Assembly: GCA_020854825.1 (NCBI GenBank) | Contig: JAHKLY010000001.1 | Location: 32,001-96,000 of the forward strand | DNA length: 64,000 bases | Source: Candidatus Micrarchaeota archaeon | GTDB taxonomy: Archaea > Micrarchaeota > Micrarchaeia > Anstonellales > JAHKLY01 | Reading direction: 5' to 3' | Shown: piece by piece, positions 39,627 through 47,463 of the stretch | How the letters are laid out: every line of letters starts with the position of its first letter | How positions within the stretch are numbered: the stretch's first letter is position 1 | Notes under the pieces: generated by a model | What the model saw: the letters and a program-made list of their open reading frames with translations, nothing else | Databases searched by the model: none | Told to the model about the DNA's origin: nothing | Program-made: the position numbers and the translations under genes

Positions 39627-40363
39627 TTAACAATCAACAAACTTTCTAGATTTTTTTAAAAAATCTGTGAAATTTTTTCTTTTTTCATAAATTTCTTGTA
39701 ATCCATATACTACTGGTTTTCCGTTTATTAAATATAAATCATATTCTTTATAAGAAGAAAATGGATACTTAAATATGTGCTGAATTTTTTTATCATTTAA
39801 GATAATCTTTGGAACCATTTCACTTAAATGCCATATTTTATTTGGTGCTTCAAATTTAGAGATATCATCTTTTGGAAATATCTTTTTCCACTTATCAAAA
39901 TAAATAAAATGTAATAACTCATGTATTGTAATTGCTTTCATATTTTTTATATTTTCTTTATAGTATAAATCAAATGTTCTTTTTTCTAAATATCTTGGCA
40001 TATTGGATTTAAAGATATTCTTGCTTGAATTATTTTATCTTCTCTCAACCAATTAGTTTCAATAATTTCGGAAAATGCAATCATTATTTCATCATTAATT
40101 TTATCCCATTCTTTCTGAAAAATCATTATTTTTTTATTTAAAAGAGAACTATTTTTATGAAACTCATTTGTAAAAAAAGAAGATACAACTTTTTTCCTTT
40201 CTTTTTTAGTTCTACAATCTTTTAATTCATTTTTTAATTGAGGATATACTGTAAATATGGTTTTACTCCATTTTGTTGTATTTTCAAAATTCAAAAATGT
40301 ATTGATTACATCAATAGATTCATCTAACGGACAAACAATAAATTTAACTTTTGGGATAACCAT
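39627..40363 (-). pseudogene. Frameshifted HExxH (putative zinc metallopeptidase-like) protein
   Basis: ORFs 39986-40363 and 39627-40001 join as ISLNPIC-PRYLEKRTF if one C is added (TGCCA to TGCCCA, ~39997); HELLH and downstream LSE lie in the distal part. Confidence 0.75.
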
Positions 40364-40450
40364 ATATTTTTTAAAACAACAAAGAGTTTAAATCTTTAAA
40401 TAATTTTTATCCTCCCTTTATACCAGATGTATTTAACTATTAAAATACTG

Positions 40451-40513
40451 AAGGTAGGGCATAACTTTTGAAACAAACTAATTTTAAAGAGATAAAAGGT
40501 AGGGCATAACTTT
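40451..40513 (+). promoter_or_regulatory. 18-bp perfect direct repeat AAGGTAGGGCATAACTTT (x2, 45-bp period) upstream of the second fic gene
   Basis: Copies at 40451-40468 and 40496-40513; the second runs into TTTAAAAA ~25-30 bp before the ATG. Confidence 0.65.
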
Positions 40514-40540
40514 AAAAAGAAGTAGATTTATATTATAAAT

Positions 40541-41458
40541 ATGGTATATTTAAAGAAACGAACAGTTAAGGGAATAGACTACTATTATGCAGTAGAAAAC
40601 AAAAAGCTTAATGGAAAAATTGTACAAAAAAATGCATATTATTTTGGAAATAAAAAACCAAATAAATATGAATGGCAAGCTGTTGTTTATGCTCTTAAAA
40701 ATAAAGATGTTTTTAATCCAAAAAAACATGAGATAACTAAAGATCAGATCAAAAGAATAATAGAAATAAACAAAAGAATGCAAAAAGATTTTAAAGAAAT
40801 GTCAAGGAGTGAAAAAGACAATTTTAATGAAAAATTTTATAATGAATATATTTACAATACAAATTCTATCGAAGGTTCAACTTTAACTAAAAAAGAAACT
40901 TATTTTGTCACACATGATAATAAAGGAATTGAAGGAAAAGATTTGAAAGAAATATATATGGCTAGAAACTTAAATTATGCAATAAAATTTATAAAGGATT
41001 ACAAGGGAGATTTAACTCTAAGATTTATTAAGAAATTACATAGTATAATACAAGAAAATATTCAACCAAAAGAAGAATTAGGAAAATATAAAAAAAGACA
41101 AAATTACATTATTGGAAATGATTTTATACCTACTCCTCCCGCATTAGTTAAAAAAAGAATGATGAGTTTAATAGGATGGTACGGGCATAACAAAAAGAAA
41201 TATTCTCCTTTTGAATTAGCATGTATATTCCATATAAAATTCGTAAGCATCCATCCATTTATAGATGGAAATGGAAGAACAGCAAGATTAATACATAATT
41301 TCATTTTAGAAAAAAATGATATTATACCCATTATTTATAGAACAAAAACAAAACAAAAATATTATTCAGCTTTAAAAAATGCACAAATGCACGGATTGCA
41401 TAAACCATTTATAGATTACTCGTTTGAAGAATTCATAAATACTTACGAGGGATATTAA
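40541..41458 (+). CDS. Fic-family protein with N-terminal beta-sheet DNA-binding-like domain
   Basis: HPFIDGNGRTAR; TNSIEGS; N-terminal YLKKRTVKGIDYYY......NGK......YFG. Confidence 0.93.
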   Translation: MVYLKKRTVKGIDYYYAVENKKLNGKIVQKNAYYFGNKKPNKYEWQAVVYALKNKDVFNPKKHEITKDQIKRIIEINKRMQKDFKEMSRSEKDNFNEKFYNEYIYNTNSIEGSTLTKKETYFVTHDNKGIEGKDLKEIYMARNLNYAIKFIKDYKGDLTLRFIKKLHSIIQENIQPKEELGKYKKRQNYIIGNDFIPTPPALVKKRMMSLIGWYGHNKKKYSPFELACIFHIKFVSIHPFIDGNGRTARLIHNFILEKNDIIPIIYRTKTKQKYYSALKNAQMHGLHKPFIDYSFEEFINTYEGY

Positions 41459-41970
41459 CAAATTTCTTTGATAATTGTTTCTTTTTCAATAATTCTATCT
41501 ATTCTTATAGTATCAGTTGATGTACTTGTTTTATCTTCTCCTATTAATACTCGTATATACATATTTTCCCCTCCTGAAATATCACCTACTAGCGTATCAA
41601 CTTTGATATCTTTTCCTCCTGTGATATCTCCAACCATTGCATCTAAATCAATATTTGAACCATTTGTTATATCCCCATAAAGTTCATTAGCAGTAATATC
41701 TTCCCCTCCGGTAATATCTCCAGTTATCTTTTCTGCTTCAATTCCTTTCCCACCTTTAATATCTCCTTCAATTTCTCTTGCTTTAATAGAACCTGAAACT
41801 ATATCTCCCCGAATATCTGGACTTTGTTTATTAAACATATTTCCAATATGACTTAAAAGATGGTTTGGATTTAAATTACCGAAATCAATCATACCAAATG
41901 CAAATAAAATAGAAAAAAGAAAAACAATTACTACAACTCCTAAAAAAAATTTAAACATATTTGTAATCAT
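41455..41970 (-). CDS. Membrane-anchored beta-solenoid repeat protein
   Basis: N-terminal TM helix, then 15-aa repeats GDI(T/K/S)GG..I....(I/L/M). Confidence 0.75.
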   Translation of the reverse strand: MITNMFKFFLGVVVIVFLFSILFAFGMIDFGNLNPNHLLSHIGNMFNKQSPDIRGDIVSGSIKAREIEGDIKGGKGIEAEKITGDITGGEDITANELYGDITNGSNIDLDAMVGDITGGKDIKVDTLVGDISGGENMYIRVLIGEDKTSTSTDTIRIDRIIEKETIIKEIC

Positions 41971-42013
41971 AGATTAATTTATAAATGGAAAACTATAAAA
42001 AGGATATTAGCAT

Positions 42014-42209
42014 GGGCTCGTAGCGTAGTTTGGTAGCCTTTCTTTTCTTAAAAGAAAAGAAATCCTTGAAAAAATGGAAATTGGCTGAATAAATAACGCG
42101 CTTGGCTTCGGACCAAGAGATCGTCGGTTCAAATACACTTTTTTCTTTTTTAAAAAAAAAGAAAAACCTGTACTAAAAAGAAAAAATGATGAAACTCCGG
42201 CCGGGCCCG
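42014..42209 (+). tRNA. tRNA-Arg(UCG) with two non-canonical introns (D-loop 42034-42092; T-loop 59/60 42134-42195)
   Basis: Spliced: GGGCTCGTAGCGTAGTTTGG|ATAACGCGCTTGGCTTCGGACCAAGAGATCGTCGGTTCAAA|TCCGGCCGGGCCCG; BHB central helices GTTT/GAAT and TTCA/TGAA with 3-nt bulges. Confidence 0.9.
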
Positions 42210-42211
42210 CT

Positions 42212-42568
42212 TTATATTTCAAAAAATTTAGTTTTACTTATTAAAATATACAAACATAATAAAATGATTAATACTAATCCCCAAAATAGTTCAAAAAAAG
42301 TATTTAAAGCAATTATATAACTTATCCAAATTAATAACACAAAAATCCAAAACCTTGCAAATTTTCTTTTAAATACGGCTATTGAAGCACTAAATAAAAT
42401 AATCACTATCGCCATTAACCCTTTATATAATGGTTCAATATCCCAGTATTGAATATAAGTCATTATTGATGCACAAGTAGATAAAACAATATTAATTACA
42501 ATTACTTGAAGATGATTTAACAATTCTCTTTCTTTTTTTCTCCAATTAAAGAACACTTCTTCTTCCAT
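42212..42568 (-). CDS. Small four-TM membrane protein
   Basis: Hydrophobic 118-aa ORF overlapping the rsmA 3' end. Confidence 0.65.
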   Translation of the reverse strand: MEEEVFFNWRKKERELLNHLQVIVINIVLSTCASIMTYIQYWDIEPLYKGLMAIVIILFSASIAVFKRKFARFWIFVLLIWISYIIALNTFFELFWGLVLIILLCLYILISKTKFFEI

Positions 42569-43317
42569 TCTTGCACCTTTTTTGAAATACTTAATATTTC
42601 TTCATTAGTAAGTTTAAAAACTCTTTTGTCCCTATTCTCTATTTCCTGTATTTGTTCTTCAATACATTTTTTAGAAATTTTGATATCATAACATGAATCC
42701 AATAATGCATTTTTAAGTGTCTTTTTCTTATGATTAAATAAGTATCTGATTATCTCTTCTGTTTTAAAGTCTATATTTATCTCTTTTTTTTCTAAAATTA
42801 TAACTATTGAATCAACTTTTGGTTTTGGGTTAAAATTAGATTTATCTACTATAAATTTAGTATTAATGTTAAAATACATTTGAGATATGAAACTTAAAAA
42901 ACCATATTTTGTTGACCTTTCAGTTTCAATTAATTTCAAAACAAATTCTTTTTGAAACATCAAAACAGCAGTATTAAATTTAAATTTTCTTAAATGAAGT
43001 AAAATATCTGATGAAATATAATATGGGACATTTCCAATAATAATATCAACTTCTCTAGGGGGAAATTTAAGAAAATCCCCACATAATATTAGCACATTCT
43101 TTTTTTTCTGAAATTTTTGTTTTAATAAATCACAAAATTTCTTATCTTTTTCAACACCTATAACTTTTTTTGCCTTTTCAGAAAGAAGTTCTGTTAATCT
43201 ACCATCGCCTGCGCCGATTTCAAGAACAATTTTGTTATTAATATCTACCAACTTTATTTCTTTTTTAAGAATTTTAGAGTTAACAAAAATTTGCCCTAAT
43301 TTTTTATTTTTTTTCAT
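42517..43317 (-). CDS. rsmA: 16S rRNA adenine dimethyltransferase RsmA/KsgA/Dim1
   Basis: KKLGQIF, VLEIGAGDG.LT, GNVPYYISS, MFQKEF, F.PKPKVDS. Confidence 0.93.
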   Translation of the reverse strand: MKKNKKLGQIFVNSKILKKEIKLVDINNKIVLEIGAGDGRLTELLSEKAKKVIGVEKDKKFCDLLKQKFQKKKNVLILCGDFLKFPPREVDIIIGNVPYYISSDILLHLRKFKFNTAVLMFQKEFVLKLIETERSTKYGFLSFISQMYFNINTKFIVDKSNFNPKPKVDSIVIILEKKEINIDFKTEEIIRYLFNHKKKTLKNALLDSCYDIKISKKCIEEQIQEIENRDKRVFKLTNEEILSISKKVQEWKKKCSLIGEKKKENC

Positions 43318-43880
43318 TAAAACCTACTCTCCTTTGTGATAGGAGGTTTAGAAAATAAATAATATTTAGTTGTGTGTTTTATTTCATCTAATATGCGTAT
43401 AACAAGAATATGAATCGGATCTGGTATTAAGGAAACTCTTTCTTGAATATCCTTAAAAGATTCAAATAATTTTTTCTCCCTTTCTTTTTTTATTTCCTCA
43501 GTATGTTTTTTTCCGATTCCGGGAAGTAATTCTAATTGATGCTGCCTTATTGATATTGCACCACACTTATTGAAAAAATTAATAAATTCTTGTTCTTTTT
43601 CAATAATTATTTCTTTAATAACAGACTCTAACTGACTTTTACCAGTTGCAGTTAAATCTTCATATTCAATCCTCCTCTTAATTCGTTCTACTTCATTTCT
43701 TCCGTCTTTGCCTACAAAGATTTTTTGTCCTATTGAAAGAGAAGTATCTTTTTTAACAGTTATTTCAAGTAATGTAAAATACGTAGTACCCATTACATGT
43801 GCGATGGGTTCCCTATACCTATCAGTAACTCTGCCTTGAGAAAGAAAATCTAATACATATGCATATTCTTCCATCTTCAT
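43317..43880 (-). CDS. DUF655 RNA-binding protein
   Basis: EEYAYVLDFL, FTLLE, RQHQLELLPGIGKK; conserved rpl21e-rpoF-DUF655-ksgA order. Confidence 0.92.
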   Translation of the reverse strand: MKMEEYAYVLDFLSQGRVTDRYREPIAHVMGTTYFTLLEITVKKDTSLSIGQKIFVGKDGRNEVERIKRRIEYEDLTATGKSQLESVIKEIIIEKEQEFINFFNKCGAISIRQHQLELLPGIGKKHTEEIKKEREKKLFESFKDIQERVSLIPDPIHILVIRILDEIKHTTKYYLFSKPPITKESRF

Positions 43881-44374
43881 TTTTTATCACTCTTCTTTTC
43901 CTTTACTTTTTTTTCTTTCTTTTTTTCTTCTTTTGTTTCTGTTTTTTCTTTCTTTTTTTCTTCTTTTGTTTCTGTTTTTTCTTTCTTTTCCGCTACTTCT
44001 TGTGCTTTCTTTTTCTTCTTTATATATTCTTCCATTTTTGGTTTATAATTCATAATAATTTCAAATACCTTTTGTAATTTTTCAGAAGATAACTCAATTC
44101 TATCTTTAGCTAAAATTATTTTAAGTTGGGCTTCTTTCATAGGCATAATATCTACAATTTTTATTGCAGTTTTTTCATTAATTTCTTCTATTTCTAATAA
44201 TTGCGATATTAGCCCCTTTGTATCAGTTATTGATAATTTAACAAAATTTTCACAATAATCATGGCTGGTTTGCTGTTCATAACCTAACGGCCCTCTCTTT
44301 TTTCTTTTTTCTAATATTTCTAAAACTTCTGCAAGTGAAATATCTTTTGATTCTTTTAATTCATTTCCAATCAT
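43877..44374 (-). CDS. rpoF: RNA polymerase subunit F (Rpo4) with Lys/Glu-rich tail
   Basis: ISLAEV.EIL, LGYEQ, AIKIVDIMP; synteny. Confidence 0.92.
   Translation of the reverse strand: MIGNELKESKDISLAEVLEILEKRKKRGPLGYEQQTSHDYCENFVKLSITDTKGLISQLLEIEEINEKTAIKIVDIMPMKEAQLKIILAKDRIELSSEKLQKVFEIIMNYKPKMEEYIKKKKKAQEVAEKKEKTETKEEKKKEKTETKEEKKKEKKVKEKKSDKK
43909..43989. repeat. 33-bp tandem repeat (~2.4 copies) in the rpoF tail encoding KKEKTETKEEK
   Basis: ttctttctttttttcttcttttgtttctgtttt repeated; protein EKKEKTETKEEKKKEKTETKEEKKKEKK. Confidence 0.8.
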
Positions 44375-44382
44375 ATTAACAC

Positions 44383-44664
44383 CTATTTTGATTTTTCAAG
44401 ATGAACTGCTGAAGAAATTAATTCTTTTAACTTATTTCCATCTTTTATTTCAATAACATAAGAGCTTCCTCTTTTTTCTACTACTTTACCTACCTTTCCA
44501 GTATATCTTGGATGTGGTATTCCTTTATGATAATTTCCTCTTATCTTAATAATTACTTTATCCCCCAAGTTAAATTCTTTAACAATATCACTAATTTTTA
44601 GTGTTTTTGAATTTCTTCCTACTGATCTTGTTTTTCCTGTTAATTTTCCTTTGCTTCTTTTCAT
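44383..44664 (-). CDS. rpl21e: 50S ribosomal protein L21e
   Basis: F..GDKV.I, HKGIPHPRY.GK.G.V, DGNK.K......HL. Confidence 0.95.
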   Translation of the reverse strand: MKRSKGKLTGKTRSVGRNSKTLKISDIVKEFNLGDKVIIKIRGNYHKGIPHPRYTGKVGKVVEKRGSSYVIEIKDGNKLKELISSAVHLEKSK

Positions 44665-44762
44665 AAATATCCCTCTTTTAGTTAAAATAATAAAAAAGAT
44701 TTATTAAATTATAACCAACAAACCTATTTAAATACTTTCTTTTTAATATTGTTGAGTAAAAG

Positions 44763-45356
44763 GTGAAGATTTTGGCAGTAAATAATATAAAACCTAAATA
44801 CAGAATAGAAAATATTGTTGCTTCGGGAGAATTAAAGATAGAATTGGATTTATACTCCTTAGCATATAAACTAAAAGATATTGAATATGAACCAGAACAG
44901 TTTCCTGGTGCTATTCTTAAATTAAAGGAACCAAAGAGTTCATTATTATTATTTAAGAATGGAAAGGTTATTTGTACTGGTGCAAAGACAGAAGAGTTAA
45001 TTAAAAAAGCCATATTAAAAGCATTTAAATTGGTTTCCCCATATTCAAAAACTCCCCCTCCAAAAAGATTTGTAGTATCTTACGATGTACAAAATATTGT
45101 TGCTTCAGGAGAATTAAATGTTTCTTTAGACTTGTATACTTTAACTCAAAAATTCAAACAAATTGAATATGAACCAGAACAGTTTCCTGGTGCTATTCTT
45201 AAATTAAAGGAGCCAAAGAGTTCATTATTATTATTTAAGAATGGAAAGGTTATTTGTACTGGTTGTAAAACAGAAACAGAAGTTAAAAAAGCACTTGCAG
45301 TCACTGCAAAACTTCTTGCACCCTATGCAGATCCATTAGAAGAAAATAAGGAGTAG
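44763..45356 (+). CDS. tbp: TATA-box binding protein
   Basis: Two TBP repeats: NIVAS..YEPEQFPG......PK...LLF.NGK..CTG. Confidence 0.97.
   Translation: MKILAVNNIKPKYRIENIVASGELKIELDLYSLAYKLKDIEYEPEQFPGAILKLKEPKSSLLLFKNGKVICTGAKTEELIKKAILKAFKLVSPYSKTPPPKRFVVSYDVQNIVASGELNVSLDLYTLTQKFKQIEYEPEQFPGAILKLKEPKSSLLLFKNGKVICTGCKTETEVKKALAVTAKLLAPYADPLEENKE
44880..45263 (+). repeat. 102-bp intragenic direct repeat in tbp (44880-44981 vs 45162-45263, one synonymous mismatch)
   Basis: Direct comparison: offset 282 bp; the only difference is GAA vs GAG. Confidence 0.95.
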
Positions 45357-45388
45357 GTTTATATACTTTTTCTTCGTGATTTTCTTTA

Positions 45389-46618
45389 ATGAAAGAAAAA
45401 TTACTTATATTAATATTATTCTTACTATTAGGAGGAGTATTTGCAGAATCTCCTGACTCTCTTTCTTTTAATCTTTTTCCTATGGCACTTGCAGTTTTAA
45501 TATCTTTATCATTCGCGGTTATTGTATTTTTAATATCCCAACTCGCCCAATCCCCTCAATTAGATGCATGGGCAAAAACAGAAATGACTGAAATATTTAC
45601 TACAGTATTAATTGCCGTAATACTTGTTGGTTTAATTGTTTCTGCAAATATATTGCCTACTTTAACAGGTTTGGGTGAAAATTATGAGGATTTAATTTTG
45701 AATAATATAATAAAACAAAGAACTAATACCATACGGACATTTGACCATTTAAGTCATACAAACTTTATATTAACACGATACAGTTCTTTTTCATATTCAA
45801 AAACATCTTCTATTCCCGTAGTAGATTGGTTATATACTCAATTTGAATCAAGATCACAAAACTTTGGATTGGGTCCGCTTGTATCAAAATTTAATAGAAG
45901 TTTTGATTCTTTAGGACAAGCAATATTTATTTTAACTGCAGAAAAAATAATACTTCAATATTTATTATATGCTATCCCTCTATTCTTTTTTCCTTTAGCA
46001 ATTGTGTTGAGGGCATTAACATTCACAAAAAAGTTTGGTAATATATTACTTGCATTCTGCATTGCAGGTTACTTCATATTCCCTTTGTCTGTTGTGTTTG
46101 CTGGTGAAATATACAATACACTATTACCTAATGAAGTTTTAAACTCGCAATTAAGTACTATCTTTGATACAACAAAAAGAATAGACCCTGGAAACATACC
46201 TGCACAAGGAATAATATGCAGTACAATTCCTGCAAGCATTGCTCAACTAGGACAATTTGGATTTATTGTGTCTGTGTGTGCAACCCTATGTGCAATTATC
46301 GGTTGGTTCACAGGTGGATTTTATACATGTTATGTCGCATGTAAACCAATAGCTGAAATTATTTATTATTTTGCAGTTCCCATGTTTCAATATACATATG
46401 GTGCTGCACTTTCTGGTTTTGCAGTTATGGAAGGTGCAACTTTTGATCAAACATATGATTTAATAATCAAAACAATTCTCCCATTAGTTACTCTTCAATG
46501 GTTATTAGCAATAGTTCTCCCTTTAATTTCAATAATTTTAACTATTGTGTCTGTAAAAAGTATATCCTCTGCATTAGGCGCAGATATCCATATTTATGGA
46601 TTAAGTAGGTTGATTTAA
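45389..46618 (+). CDS. Polytopic membrane protein, CedA/VirB6-like paralog 1
   Basis: Signal peptide; LDAWAKTE; FPLAIVLRALTFTKKFGNILLA; C-terminal SSALGADIHIYGLSRLI. Confidence 0.7.
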   Translation: MKEKLLILILFLLLGGVFAESPDSLSFNLFPMALAVLISLSFAVIVFLISQLAQSPQLDAWAKTEMTEIFTTVLIAVILVGLIVSANILPTLTGLGENYEDLILNNIIKQRTNTIRTFDHLSHTNFILTRYSSFSYSKTSSIPVVDWLYTQFESRSQNFGLGPLVSKFNRSFDSLGQAIFILTAEKIILQYLLYAIPLFFFPLAIVLRALTFTKKFGNILLAFCIAGYFIFPLSVVFAGEIYNTLLPNEVLNSQLSTIFDTTKRIDPGNIPAQGIICSTIPASIAQLGQFGFIVSVCATLCAIIGWFTGGFYTCYVACKPIAEIIYYFAVPMFQYTYGAALSGFAVMEGATFDQTYDLIIKTILPLVTLQWLLAIVLPLISIILTIVSVKSISSALGADIHIYGLSRLI

Positions 46619-47463
46619 TGAAAAAAATATTATTTATACTTCTATTTACCATTTCCATTTGTTTTGCAGAATCAAGCATAATAACAGATTCATTAGTGTA
46701 TATATTATTAGGAGTTTTACTCTCCTTTGCAATAATTTCAATTTCATTCATGGTAGGAAAAATATTAAATCAAATTAAATTTATTCATTGGGCAAAAACA
46801 GAAATAACCAATACTATAATCTCCATCTTCCTAATATTTATAATTTTAGGAAGTATGTTTGCTTTTCTAGAATTAAGTGACAATATATTTGAAAAAGCAT
46901 ATATATACCTTGATAGTCAAACTTCAAAAGGAATTTCATATATATCTGAATTAACACGAAGCAGTTTAAATGACCAATTTGAAAGTACTTATTATGCTTT
47001 CATTGGCACCCCATTCACATCTAGTGGAGGAGCAGGTAAATCATATAGAGCATATTATTTATCATACAGCACTCAAAAGGATATTGTAGTAAATATCATT
47101 TTTGCAACAATAGTAAGTTTAGAAGTTCAAAAAATAATTTTACAACTAATAGAAAATTTATCTTTTTCATTATTCCTGCCCATAGGAATTGTATTACGGG
47201 TTTTCCCAGCAACAAGAGATATTGGTAATTTCATATTTGCTTTTGTAATTGGTGCAGCTTTTATTTTACCTATGACTTATTTACTTTATTCTAGTGCCTC
47301 AAATACCTTGCCTATTTCTGCACCTATTGATTTTGCAATGGGAGACATAACCCCAATTGCGATATTACTTCCGCAAGCAATATTTTTTCCTAATTTAAGT
47401 TTAGTTATTTTAATTACTTCAGTAATGGCAATATATAAAGGTTTCAAACAAATATTGGTGTAA
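46618..47463 (+). CDS. Polytopic membrane protein, CedA/VirB6-like paralog 2
   Basis: IHWAKTE; LPIGIVLRVFPATRDIGNFIFA; TAATG translational coupling. Confidence 0.7.
   Translation: MKKILFILLFTISICFAESSIITDSLVYILLGVLLSFAIISISFMVGKILNQIKFIHWAKTEITNTIISIFLIFIILGSMFAFLELSDNIFEKAYIYLDSQTSKGISYISELTRSSLNDQFESTYYAFIGTPFTSSGGAGKSYRAYYLSYSTQKDIVVNIIFATIVSLEVQKIILQLIENLSFSLFLPIGIVLRVFPATRDIGNFIFAFVIGAAFILPMTYLLYSSASNTLPISAPIDFAMGDITPIAILLPQAIFFPNLSLVILITSVMAIYKGFKQILV

Noticed and set aside
40451-40513. Direct repeat with a 27-bp spacer as a mini-CRISPR
   Set aside because: Only two 18-bp copies, no cas genes or leader; the position fits an operator.
42100-42116. Reading the anticodon as CGG (Pro)
   Set aside because: The CTTGG/CCAAG stem encloses CTTCGGA, which centres TCG; A20 and the G discriminator fit Arg.
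38628-42209. Integrated mobile element ending at tRNA-Arg(UCG)
   Set aside because: No integrase or transposase, no duplicated tRNA end (att site), and the accessory genes lie on the 5' side of the tRNA.
42007-42222. 71-aa minus-strand ORF
   Set aside because: It is the antisense of the intron-containing tRNA-Arg(UCG).
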